Assembly: GCA_009379975.1 (NCBI GenBank)
Contig: WHSS01000003.1
Span: 156-64,155 of the forward strand
Origin: Actinophytocola sp.
Lineage (GTDB): Bacteria; Actinomycetota; Actinomycetes; Mycobacteriales; Pseudonocardiaceae
Direction: 5' to 3'
Length of the DNA: 64,000 bases
The position numbers and the translations under genes were made by a program. Numbering within the stretch: position 1 is the stretch's first letter; each line of letters starts with the position of its first letter. This document shows positions 1 to 8,814 of this stretch, piece by piece. The notes under the pieces are model-generated. The model made no database searches. It saw only the letters and a list, made by a program, of their open reading frames with translations, and had not been told where the DNA came from.

Positions 1-1049
1 TGCCCCGCCGTGCCCTCGACTACCCTGCCGACCGACGCCGCAGGCAGGTCGTAGCCGCGTAGCTCCGCCACCACGGCGGCCACATCCGCTTCGCCCGGCA
101 CCGCGAGCAGCAGGCCGCCCGAGGTCTGCGCGTCGTGCAACAGGATCGCCAGGTCCTCGGGCACGTCCGGGTCGACGGTGATGAACTCGGCGAGGTGTTC
201 GGTGTTGGCCCTGGTGCCACCCGGCACGAACCCGGCGGCGACGGCTTCGCGCGCACCGGGCAGCAGCGGCACGTCGGCCGCGTCGATCTCGGCGGCGAGC
301 CCGCTGGCCCGCGCCATCCGGTGCAGGTGGCCCAGCAGGCCGAAGCCGGTGACGTCGGTCGCCGCCCGTACGCCCGCCCGCATCGCGACCTCGCTGGCCT
401 CGGAGTTGAGCAGCGTCATGGACGCCACGGCACCGGCAACCCACGCCTCCTCCGCACCATCGTTCTTCACCGCGGTGGAGAGCACGCCGGTGCCGATGCC
501 CTTGGTCAGCACCAGGGTGTCGCCCGCTCGCAACGCGTCGATCTGGAACAGCCGATCCGGGTGGGCAAGGCCGACGACGGCCATGCCGTACTTCGGGATC
601 GGGTCGTCGATGGTGTGCCCGCCGACGACGAAGCAGCCCGCCTGCTCGGCGACGGCCGCGCCGCCCCGCAGGACGTCCGCCAGCAGCTCCATCGGCAGGT
701 CGTTGCCGGGCCATGCGGCGAGGTTCACCGCGATGATCGGCTTGCCGCCCATCGCGTAGACGTCGGAGAGCGCATTGGCCGCCGCGACCCTGCCCCATTC
801 GTGCGCGTCGTCGACGATCGGTGTGAAGAAGTCGGTGGTGAGGATCAGGGCGCGCTCGTCATCGAGCCGGTACACCGCGGCATCATCACCCTCGAGCGCG
901 CCGACCAGCAGGTCACCGGAGGCCGCGTCCATATTCGCCCCCAGCGAGGAGAACATGCTCTCCAGCTTGGCAAGCGGCAGCTTGCACGCGCAGCCCGCGC
1001 CGCGGGACAGAGAGGTGAGCTTGACGGCTGGCGCTACGGACGAACTCAT
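1..1049 (-). CDS. selD: selenide, water dikinase (selenophosphate synthetase); 3' end runs off the window
   Basis: Absent from the ORF track because there is no stop in the window. Reverse-strand translation from the ATG at 1049 gives MSSSVAPAVKLTSLSRGAGCACKLPLAKLE...TTDFFTPIVDD...VTGFGLLGHL...DAQTSGGLLLAV. This is colinear with E. coli SelD motifs (GAGCGCK, TTDFFMPIVD, VTGFGLLGHL, DPQTSGGLLLAV). The active-site position is Cys, not Sec. The ATG overlaps the upstream stop (ATGA at 1046-1049). Confidence 0.9.
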   Translation of the reverse strand, partial: MSSSVAPAVKLTSLSRGAGCACKLPLAKLESMFSSLGANMDAASGDLLVGALEGDDAAVYRLDDERALILTTDFFTPIVDDAHEWGRVAAANALSDVYAMGGKPIIAVNLAAWPGNDLPMELLADVLRGGAAVAEQAGCFVVGGHTIDDPIPKYGMAVVGLAHPDRLFQIDALRAGDTLVLTKGIGTGVLSTAVKNDGAEEAWVAGAVASMTLLNSEASEVAMRAGVRAATDVTGFGLLGHLHRMARASGLAAEIDAADVPLLPGAREAVAAGFVPGGTRANTEHLAEFITVDPDVPEDLAILLHDAQTSGGLLLAVPGEADVAAVVAELRGYDLPAASVGRVVEGTAG

Positions 1050-3700
1050 GCTGAGGTTCTCCTACCGCTGATAATGATCCGGTCGTCACCGACGCTAACA
1101 GCGCTTGTGTGGCGTGCGCTATAACGACTTGCGCGCGCCACACGCGACACCCGCCACAGCAGCGCGACCCCGCGCTCGGCGAAGAACCAGATCACGACAC
1201 CGAGCGCGAGCCCGAGCCCGAGCAGCGTCACCGGCAAGGCCGGGAGCAGGTCGAGTGCATCGGGCAACAAGGCGTAATGCGCGAGGTAGATGTAGAGCGA
1301 AGCGCTCGCGATCCATCCGATGGGCGCCACCAACGGCCGCGGCACCCGCAGACCCGCCACCAGCAGCAGGAGCAGCAGCCCGGCGATGATCACGCCCTCG
1401 CGGACCGAGTTGTGGAAGAAGCCCGGCACCGTCACCAGCGCGATGGCCGCGACCAGGACTTTCTGCTGGACGCCCCGCGCGCGATAGGCCAGCCAGCCGA
1501 GGGCGAAGAACCACAGCATCGCGTGCGTGGTCATGGCCCAGCTGAAGTACTCCTCGATGCCGCCGATGAACAGCCTGCCGCCGAGCGCGCCGCCGAGGAG
1601 TAGCAGGGGCAGCAGGAATCGGTGCCGCTGCTCGAAGCGCCGTACCGCGGGCACCGAGAAGAGCAGGCTCAGCACCAGCAGCGTCTGCACCAGTACTTCG
1701 ACGAACCAGTAGCCGTCGGCCGAGCTCAGCGGCCAGTAGTTGTTGATCAGCAGCATGTTCGTCGGCCCGACGTCGTCGGTCACCACGGCACGCCACCCCA
1801 GCCACAACATGCTCGGTATGGCGATTCGCATCGTGCTACGCAGGATGCGGCCGCTCGTGCCATCGGCGGCGCCAGTGGGCAAACAGAACCTCGCGAAGCT
1901 CCATCCGGCCAGCACCAGCAGCAGGTGGGCCCCGCCGAGGATCCGGAACAAACCGACGTGCGTGCCGACCACCAGCACGATGGCCAGCGCACGGAGCACG
2001 ATGTTGGTCTCGATCACCGGGAACGCCATGCGCCGGGCGGGCAGCCGTTCGAGTTCGGCCACCGGCATTGTCGGCCAGCGCGCCGGGAGCCGGCCCTGCA
2101 TCTTCTCCAACTCCACCGACGCCCGCACGTAGGACATCGAGTCCCCACCCAGCGTCACGAACGTCGCGTCGTCGTCGATGTCGTCGACGGCGGTGCGTGG
2201 CAGCACCTTCGCGTAGACCTGCCGGATCGAGCGCGGACCCGGGCGCCGGCCGCGCCAGCGCGGTCGCGGGCGGCTCCCCGGGTCTGTCCGGGCCAGCGCG
2301 GCGTAGTCGAGCTTGCCCGAGCTCAGCCGCGGCAGTTCGGGCAGCGCCCGGACATCGATGCTGCCGCGGGGCAGTCCGGTGAGCCTGCTGACGAGCGTGC
2401 CCACCGCCTCCACGGCCTCCACGACTACGTCCTCGCCCGCGACCACTCCGGCGATCACCCCGTCGTCGTCGCCCGCACACGCGGCGACATGCCCCTCATC
2501 GGCGAGCAGCCGCTCGATCTCATCCAGGTCGATGCGCAGCCCGAAGGGCTTGATGAAGCGGCTCGCGCGCCCGATCACCTGGTAGATGCCGTCGGGCGTG
2601 CGGCGGGCGATATCGCCGGTGGCCAGCGAGGTGACGGTGCGGCCGAGCGCGAGGTCGGCCGCCGACGTGGCGTAGCCGAGCATCACATTGGGACCGTGAT
2701 AGATCAGCTCCCCTTCGGTGGTCTCCCCCGCCGTATCCAGCTGGAACGCGCCACCGGGGATCGGTACGCCGACGGCATCAGGCCGCTCCGCGGCGAGTTC
2801 GGGCGGCAGATACGCCATCCGTGCCGTCGCCTCGGTCTGCCCGTACATCACGAACAATCGCCAGCCATCGCGTTGGCCCAGTTCGGCGTACCGACGGACC
2901 CGGTCGGGCGCGAGCCGCCCGCCCGCCTGGGTCACGTAGCGCAAGCTCGGCAGCTGCCGGTGCTCGAATCCCGCCCGGTCCAGCAGGTCGAAGGTGTAAG
3001 GGACGCCGTGCAGGCTGGTCGCTTGGTGTTCGGATACCAGCGACCAGAACGAGTCGTCGACCACGGAGGCGGAAGTCAGCAGCAATGCGGCACCGGCGAG
3101 CAGATTGCTGTTGATGACCGATAAGCCGTAGCAGTACTGCATCGGCAGGGAGGTGACCGCACGGTCGGTGTCGCGGATGCCCAGATAGTCCGCGATCGCC
3201 GCGGCGTTGGACTGCAGGTTCGCCACGGAGAGCCGGACGAGCTTCGGCGAACCCGTCGTGCCCGATGTGGATAGCAGCAGTGCCAAATCTGGATGCAGCT
3301 CGTGCGACGAGCCGGGGCGGCGTTCGTTCATCCGCCAGTGGCCCGCCACCGTCGAGAACACGACATCGGGATCGTACGCCGAGATCAGCGCGTCCAGCCT
3401 GCCGCGATCGTCCGGCCCGGTCAGCAGCACCGGGTGGCCGGATGAGAGCGCGGCGAGATAGCTGACGAGCGAATCGATGTCATTCCTCGCGGCGAGCAGC
3501 ACCAGCCGGCGTTGGGTGCCGAGCCGCTTCGCGACTTCGGCTACCCACGCTGCCAGCTCCCGGTAGGTCAGCCGGGTGCCCGCCGCGTCGATCAGGGCGG
3601 TTCGGCCGCCGTGAATATGCAGGTCACGGGCGAATCCGACACCGATCGCCTGCGCGGGCGCATCGAGCGTCGCCGAGCCGCTCGCCGCGTCTGGTGCCAC
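1046..3700 (-). CDS. adenylation domain - carrier domain - acyltransferase-3 (AT3) membrane domain fusion protein
   Basis: 884-aa ORF. Adenylation core motifs: LSTSGTTGSPK, MYGQTEAT, TGDIARRTPDG..GRASRFIKPFGLRIDLDEIE, SSGKLDY. Carrier motif: LGGDSMSY. The C-terminal ~330 aa is polytopic hydrophobic, and its first helix has an AT3-like VLRALAIVLVVGTH signature. Confidence 0.8.
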   Translation of the reverse strand: MAPDAASGSATLDAPAQAIGVGFARDLHIHGGRTALIDAAGTRLTYRELAAWVAEVAKRLGTQRRLVLLAARNDIDSLVSYLAALSSGHPVLLTGPDDRGRLDALISAYDPDVVFSTVAGHWRMNERRPGSSHELHPDLALLLSTSGTTGSPKLVRLSVANLQSNAAAIADYLGIRDTDRAVTSLPMQYCYGLSVINSNLLAGAALLLTSASVVDDSFWSLVSEHQATSLHGVPYTFDLLDRAGFEHRQLPSLRYVTQAGGRLAPDRVRRYAELGQRDGWRLFVMYGQTEATARMAYLPPELAAERPDAVGVPIPGGAFQLDTAGETTEGELIYHGPNVMLGYATSAADLALGRTVTSLATGDIARRTPDGIYQVIGRASRFIKPFGLRIDLDEIERLLADEGHVAACAGDDDGVIAGVVAGEDVVVEAVEAVGTLVSRLTGLPRGSIDVRALPELPRLSSGKLDYAALARTDPGSRPRPRWRGRRPGPRSIRQVYAKVLPRTAVDDIDDDATFVTLGGDSMSYVRASVELEKMQGRLPARWPTMPVAELERLPARRMAFPVIETNIVLRALAIVLVVGTHVGLFRILGGAHLLLVLAGWSFARFCLPTGAADGTSGRILRSTMRIAIPSMLWLGWRAVVTDDVGPTNMLLINNYWPLSSADGYWFVEVLVQTLLVLSLLFSVPAVRRFEQRHRFLLPLLLLGGALGGRLFIGGIEEYFSWAMTTHAMLWFFALGWLAYRARGVQQKVLVAAIALVTVPGFFHNSVREGVIIAGLLLLLLVAGLRVPRPLVAPIGWIASASLYIYLAHYALLPDALDLLPALPVTLLGLGLALGVVIWFFAERGVALLWRVSRVARASRYSARHTSAVSVGDDRIIISGRRTSA

Positions 3701-3910
3701 GCCGGCCTCGCTTCCGACTTCGCTAGGGGCACTGGTTCTTAGGTTTGCCTAATGAAGCATAGGCTAACCAATACCGCGGCGACACCCTTTCGCCGCGAAC
3801 GAGGCGAACACCACGAACTTACGCAGGAGAGACACCCCACCCGCGCGCCAGTTGCGCTGCGAACGTCGTTATCGTTGCGTTACCATCGAGCCGGCAGGAG
3901 AGGGAGAGCT

Positions 3911-6025
3911 GTGGTCGCCGAGGACACCCGGCAAACACCGGTCGTGCGCCGTGAGGCTACGGCCGTGTCCGCGTCACCGCGAGGGTTTCGCCCCGACGTC
4001 GAGGGTCTCCGCGCGGTCGCGGTCGTCCTGGTCCTGATCTACCACGCCGGGCTGACGTTCGTTCCCGGCGGATTCGTCGGCGTCGATGTCTTTTTCGTCA
4101 TCTCCGGCTTCCTCATCACCAGCTTGCTGATCAGGGAAGCGGAACGCTCCGGCACCGTCTCGTTGCGCAACTTCTATGCGCGCCGCGCGAAACGCCTGTT
4201 GCCCGCCGCCGCACTGGTACTCGCCACTACCGCGCTCCTGGCGTTGCTCGTCGTACCGCGGACGCGCTGGGCCGACGTCGGCGGTGACATCGCCGCCGCC
4301 GCGTTGTACTTCGTCAACTGGCGCTTCGCCGCCAACGAGACCGACTACCTCGCCGAGGACGCCTCGGTTTCCCCGGTCCAGCACTTCTGGTCGCTCGCGG
4401 TCGAGGAGCAGTTCTACTTCGTCTGGCCGCTCCTGCTGCTGCTCGCCGTGCTGATCGCGCGCCGCGTCGGCTGGTCGCTCCGCCGCACGATGTGCCTCGG
4501 CCTCGCGGTGATCGCCCTCCCGTCGTTCGCGTGGTCGATCGTGCAGACCGCCGCCGAGCCGCAGTCCTCCTTCTTCGTCACCACGACCCGGATGTGGGAA
4601 CTGGCCATCGGCGCGGTCGTCGCCATCGGCATCACCCGGCTGCAACGGCTGCCGCGCAGCTACGCCATCGGGCTGGGCTGGCTCGGCCTTGCCGCGATCG
4701 TCGTCTCGGGGCTGTGGTTCACCACCGCGACGGCCTGGCCCGGCCACGCGGCGCTGCTCCCGACCCTGGGCACCGCCGCGGTGATCGCCGCGGGCGCCTC
4801 GGCGGGGGCAGGCGGCCCACAGGCGCTCCTGGGTACCCGGCCGTTCACCTGGGTCGGCGGGCTGTCCTATTCGCTGTACCTGTGGCACTGGCCGCTCATC
4901 GTCTTCGCCTCCGTGTACTTCGACGGTCTCTCCCCCGCCGGCGGCGTCGCGGTCGCCCTGTTCAGCTTCGTGCCGGCGTGGCTGACGCTGCGGCTGGTCG
5001 AGAACCCCGTCCGGTTCTCGCCCCGCTTCGCTTCAGATACATCAGCGGTGCGGTCCTGGGTGACGTTGCGCATGGGCGCGGCGCTGACCGCGGCCGGGGT
5101 CGTCGCCGGGGTGGCCCTGGTTGGCGCGACGAGCTTCGCCAAGGAGCCCGCGGTGCCCTTCGCGCGCGGCGCCGCCGTCCTCGAGCCCACATCTCGCGAG
5201 TACCGGCCCGACACCAAGACCGAGGGCGTCACGCCGGATCCCCTCGATGCGGTCTCCGACGTGCCCGACTCCTACGAGCGCGGCTGCCAGGTCGACCAGA
5301 CTTCGACCGAGCCGGTCTCCTGCACCTACGGCGACCCGGACGGCGATGTCGAGGTCGCCCTTGTCGGCGACTCCAAGGCGCTGCAGTGGATCCCGGCGCT
5401 GGACGACATCGGCGAACGGCGCGGCTGGCGGGTGCGTACCTTCACCAAGTCCTCGTGCCCCTTCACCGAGGCCACGATCGAGCAACGAGGCAAGCCGTAC
5501 GACAACTGCCGGCAATGGGGCGACAACGTCGAGGCGGAGTTGCTCGACGACCCGCCCGATGCGGTACTCACCTCGCAGATCCGGGCGATCGCGCTGGCCG
5601 ACCCCGCCGACACGGCGTCGGGGCAGTGGCGCGATGTGATGATCGCGGCGTTGCGGGAGCGCTGGTCGGACCTCACCGCGGCGGGCATCGATGTCGCGGT
5701 GCTCCGCGATAACCCCAGGCCGCCGGAAGAACTCGTGCCGGTGTACGAATGCGTTGATCAGCACCGCGACGACCTGATGTCCTGCGCCTTTCCCCGCAAG
5801 GCAGGCGAATGGCTCAGCGGCGCCAGGGCACAGCTACCCGCCGCGAAGAACACGCCGAAGGTCAGCCTCATCGACATGAACGACTACATCTGCCCGGGCG
5901 ACGTCTGTCCCCCGGTCGTCGGTGACGTGCTCGTCTACCGGCAGGGAGCGCACCTCACCAAGACCTACGTCGAGACGCTCGAACCACTGCTCGAGAAGCG
6001 GCTGGCACCGGTCGTCGAAAGCTGA
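3911..6025 (+). CDS. AT3-SGNH two-domain membrane O-acyltransferase (OafA/YrhL-like)
   Basis: AT3 signature FRPDVEGLRAVAVVLVLIYH followed by about 10 TM helices. The C-terminal soluble domain has the SGNH block I motif (VALVGDSKA). The track ORF starts at 3752, but codons 3752-3910 have poor GC3. The GTG at 3911 is preceded by GGAGAGGGAGAG. Confidence 0.8.
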   Translation: MVAEDTRQTPVVRREATAVSASPRGFRPDVEGLRAVAVVLVLIYHAGLTFVPGGFVGVDVFFVISGFLITSLLIREAERSGTVSLRNFYARRAKRLLPAAALVLATTALLALLVVPRTRWADVGGDIAAAALYFVNWRFAANETDYLAEDASVSPVQHFWSLAVEEQFYFVWPLLLLLAVLIARRVGWSLRRTMCLGLAVIALPSFAWSIVQTAAEPQSSFFVTTTRMWELAIGAVVAIGITRLQRLPRSYAIGLGWLGLAAIVVSGLWFTTATAWPGHAALLPTLGTAAVIAAGASAGAGGPQALLGTRPFTWVGGLSYSLYLWHWPLIVFASVYFDGLSPAGGVAVALFSFVPAWLTLRLVENPVRFSPRFASDTSAVRSWVTLRMGAALTAAGVVAGVALVGATSFAKEPAVPFARGAAVLEPTSREYRPDTKTEGVTPDPLDAVSDVPDSYERGCQVDQTSTEPVSCTYGDPDGDVEVALVGDSKALQWIPALDDIGERRGWRVRTFTKSSCPFTEATIEQRGKPYDNCRQWGDNVEAELLDDPPDAVLTSQIRAIALADPADTASGQWRDVMIAALRERWSDLTAAGIDVAVLRDNPRPPEELVPVYECVDQHRDDLMSCAFPRKAGEWLSGARAQLPAAKNTPKVSLIDMNDYICPGDVCPPVVGDVLVYRQGAHLTKTYVETLEPLLEKRLAPVVES

Positions 6026-6103
6026 AAGACGCCTTCAGTCCGTTCAGCGGAGTGAGTGGCCCATTCAGTCCGTCCAGTGGACTGAAGGCGTCTTTCAGCG
6101 CGC
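6021..6103. repeat. palindromic intergenic repeat, family A, copy 1 (middle module inverted relative to copies 2 and 4)
   Basis: GCTGAAAGACGCCTTCAGTCCG..CGGAGTGAGTGGCCCATTCAGTCCG..GGACTGAAGGCGTCTTTCAGCGC. The outer arms form a ~20-bp inverted repeat. The TGA stop of the upstream CDS (6023-6025) lies inside the left arm. Confidence 0.9.
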
Positions 6104-6350
6104 GGTGGCGGGATCGGGTCATTGGCGCGACTGCGCCACCGTCGTCACGTCCGTCGCGGTAGAAATGACCTCGGATCCGAGAGTGATCCTCTCCGGGACG
6201 CAGTGGTTCGTCCCGCACGGGATCGGCGACAAGGGCTCCGGCAGTCAGAAGCTGCTGGGGCTCTTCTCGCGTCCGTGCCCTTCGGCGCTCCACCACCCGT
6301 CTGCCGTAGCATTCTCATGGTCGGCACGGCTACACGTGGTGAGGATCCTC

Positions 6351-7328
6351 ATGTCAGATCAGGAACTCGGTATCCATCTGCGCCGGCTGGGACTTCGCGA
6401 CGGGGACGTCGAGGTTTACGAGTGGCTGCTCGGCGAAGGACCCGCGGTGCGGGACAAGATCGCGGCGACGCTGGGCATGCCGCCCGAAGCCGTCGCCAAG
6501 CATGTGGAACATCTGACAAAGGCCGGCATGGTCGCGATGACCGATGTGGACACCGTCGCGCCCATCGAACCGAGCACCGGGCTGCAACGCCTTGCCAGAA
6601 GCCGCGAAGTCGAGCTGCGCACGGCCGAGATCGCCGCGACCAACGCCTACCGCGAGTTCCGCCGATCGGTCTGGCAGCAGTCCCCCGACGACATCGTCGA
6701 GGTCATCACCGCGCCGCACATCGCAGAGCGGGTGCAGGTCGAAGAAGCCGCCGCGGCCACCGAGGTGCTCCGGTTCGACTCACCGCCGTACTCCAGCCAG
6801 CGCGGGCCGAACGACCTCGAGGTGGAGAACCTCAAACGCGGCGTCGCCTATCGGTGCGTGTACGCCAGGGCCGCTGTCCAGCAGCCCGACTACTACGCGG
6901 AGAACATCCAGCCTTGTATCGCGGCGGGCGAGCAGGCCCGCGTGCTGCCGGACGTCCCCGTCAAGCTCAGCATCTACGACGGCAAGCTCGCCATGGTCTC
7001 GCTCTCCGACGCCCACGTGGAGATCAGCCGTTCCAGCCTGCTCATCCGGCAGTCCAGCCTGCTCGACGCGCTGCGCGGCTTGTTCGAGACATCGTGGCGC
7101 TCGGCGCTGCCGATGCACCTCGGCACCAAGGAGCCGTCCTCGCTGCGGCCCATCGAGCGGCGCATCATCGAGTTGCTCGCCAGCGGCATCACCGATCACG
7201 CCATCGCCGAACTGCTCGGCATCAGCCGCCGCACGCTGTCGCGGAACCTGGAGAGCATCACCACCCGCGCCGGCGTGGTCAACCGGTTCCAGCTCGCCGT
7301 CTACGCCTGCCGCAACGGCTGGATCTAA
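6351..7328 (+). CDS. transcriptional regulator, N-terminal winged HTH (TrmB-like) plus C-terminal LuxR/GerE HTH
   Basis: C-terminus ERRIIELLASGITDHAIAELLGISRRTLSRNLESI..RFQLAVYA is a LuxR-type HTH. The ATG at 6351 is preceded by GAGGA. The track ORF (5922) extends upstream through the repeat and is not credible there. Confidence 0.75.
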   Translation: MSDQELGIHLRRLGLRDGDVEVYEWLLGEGPAVRDKIAATLGMPPEAVAKHVEHLTKAGMVAMTDVDTVAPIEPSTGLQRLARSREVELRTAEIAATNAYREFRRSVWQQSPDDIVEVITAPHIAERVQVEEAAAATEVLRFDSPPYSSQRGPNDLEVENLKRGVAYRCVYARAAVQQPDYYAENIQPCIAAGEQARVLPDVPVKLSIYDGKLAMVSLSDAHVEISRSSLLIRQSSLLDALRGLFETSWRSALPMHLGTKEPSSLRPIERRIIELLASGITDHAIAELLGISRRTLSRNLESITTRAGVVNRFQLAVYACRNGWI

Positions 7329-7954
7329 AGCCCCGCCGTTGACGCGACGTCACCGAGTTGGGCCAGCTCGGCCTCGACCATGCGGGTCCACTGCGGGACG
7401 ATCCTGGCACGGCGAGCGGTGTCGTCGCTGAGCAGGCTCGCCAATCCCAGTCCGCGCGCCAGGTCGAGGGTGGCCTGCACGGTCTCCCGCGCCCCAGGAA
7501 CGGACTCGTCGACCTCGAGCAGCGCGACCGCCATCTGATGCGCCTCCTTACCCACCCGGCGCTCCAGTGGCTGGATCAGCGCCCCGAGTGGCTCCTCGGT
7601 CGCGGCCGCGACCCACAAGTGCAGCGCGGCGCGAAACGACGGCCCGGTGTAGAGGTTGAGCAGCATCTCGACGACCGCACGGCGCCGTGAGCCGTCGGTG
7701 GGCAGCGACTCCGCCCGCTGTCGCAGCTCGGTCATCTGCACTTCGGATACGTAGTTCACCGCGGCGTTGACCAGGTCTTCCCTCGTTGGGAAATGATGCT
7801 GCGCCGCACCCCGCGACACCCCGGCCCGCTCCGCGACGACGACCACGGTGGTGCGGGTCCAGCCGAGTTCGGTCAGGCACTCGACGGCGGCGGAGAGCAG
7901 CCGCCGCCGAGTCTCCCGGCTTCGTTCCTGCTGGGGCTCCCGCACCGTCGTCAT
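7325..7954 (-). CDS. TetR family transcriptional regulator
   Basis: N-terminal TetR HTH RRRLLSAAVECLTELGWTRTTVVVVAERAGVSRGAAQHHFPTREDL. It is the last gene of the minus-strand catabolic operon. Confidence 0.85.
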   Translation of the reverse strand: MTTVREPQQERSRETRRRLLSAAVECLTELGWTRTTVVVVAERAGVSRGAAQHHFPTREDLVNAAVNYVSEVQMTELRQRAESLPTDGSRRRAVVEMLLNLYTGPSFRAALHLWVAAATEEPLGALIQPLERRVGKEAHQMAVALLEVDESVPGARETVQATLDLARGLGLASLLSDDTARRARIVPQWTRMVEAELAQLGDVASTAGL

Positions 7955-7955
7955 A

Positions 7956-8789
7956 TCAGCTCCGTTCGACCCAGAGGTCCGGCGACAGGTCCTCTTCGGA
8001 GTCGCACAGCCGGTACGGCGAGAAGTCGGTGACGCCGTCTGCGGCCAGCACCTCGTCGTCGATGAGGAACTGGCCGGTCACCTCCGTGCTCGGCTTGGAG
8101 ATGATGGCGATCGCGGCGTCCGCCATGATCTGCGGCGTACGCGAGGTGTTCGCGAGTTCGGCCCCGACCACGTTGCGGATCGCGGCGGTGTCGATCGTCG
8201 TCCTCGGCCAGAGCGAGTTCGCCGCGATGCCGTCCTTGCGCAGCTCCTCCGCCAGCCCGAGCGTCACCAGGCTCATGCCGTACTTCGCGATGGTGTAGCC
8301 GACACCGATCATGCCGAACCACTTCGGGTCGAGGCTGATCGGCGGGGACAGCGTCAGGATGTGCGGGTTCACCGCGGCACGCAGGTGCGGAATCGACGCC
8401 TTCGCCAGCAGGAACGAGCCACGGGTGTTGATGTCCTGCATCAGGTCGTAGCTCTTCATGCGAATGTGCTCGGTCGGCGAGAGGTCGATCGCGCTGGCGT
8501 TGTTGACCACGACGTCGATCCCGCCGAACTGCTCGACGGCCTTCGCGACGGCCGACTCGACCAGTGCGTCGTCACGGATGTCGCCGACGATGGGCAACGC
8601 CTGGCCGCCCGCGTCCTCGACCGCCTTCGCCGCGGTGTAGATGGTGCCAGGCAGCTTCGGGTGGGGGTCGGCCGTCTTGGCGATCATCGCGACGTTGGCG
8701 CCCTCGGCGGCGGCCCTCACGGCGATGGCCTCACCGATACCCCGGCTGCCACCGGACATGATGATCGTCTTGCCTGCCAGCGAACTCAT
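7956..8789 (-). CDS. short-chain dehydrogenase/reductase (HSDL2-like SDR)
   Basis: Rossmann motif MSGGSRGIGEAIA, NNAS, and catalytic YTIAK. Confidence 0.85.
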   Translation of the reverse strand: MSSLAGKTIIMSGGSRGIGEAIAVRAAAEGANVAMIAKTADPHPKLPGTIYTAAKAVEDAGGQALPIVGDIRDDALVESAVAKAVEQFGGIDVVVNNASAIDLSPTEHIRMKSYDLMQDINTRGSFLLAKASIPHLRAAVNPHILTLSPPISLDPKWFGMIGVGYTIAKYGMSLVTLGLAEELRKDGIAANSLWPRTTIDTAAIRNVVGAELANTSRTPQIMADAAIAIISKPSTEVTGQFLIDDEVLAADGVTDFSPYRLCDSEEDLSPDLWVERS

Positions 8790-8814
8790 CAGCGTCTCCT
8801 AGTTTGCGGTCGTT

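Noticed and set aside
1-1049. Selenocysteine recoding (in-frame TGA plus SECIS) somewhere in the window, given the presence of selD.
   Set aside because: SelD itself has Cys at the active-site position. I saw no family-typical gene interrupted by a single in-frame TGA and no selA/selB. Absence in 64 kb does not exclude Sec use elsewhere in the genome.
3752-3910. ATG at 3752 as the start of the AT3-SGNH gene.
   Set aside because: Codons in this stretch have low GC3 (cat, agg, cta, aat, ttt, tta, ttg, cgt) and there is no RBS. The GTG at 3911 follows GGAGAGGGAGAG.
6021-6103. Family A repeats as a CRISPR array.
   Set aside because: The copies are 6-21 kb apart, each is internally palindromic, there are no regularly spaced unique spacers, and there are no cas genes.
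5922-6350. 143-codon N-terminal extension of the LuxR-type regulator ORF, running in frame through repeat A copy 1.
   Set aside because: It overlaps the end of the preceding CDS and translates the palindromic repeat. It has no protein-like sequence, and a good ATG with a GAGGA RBS exists at 6351.
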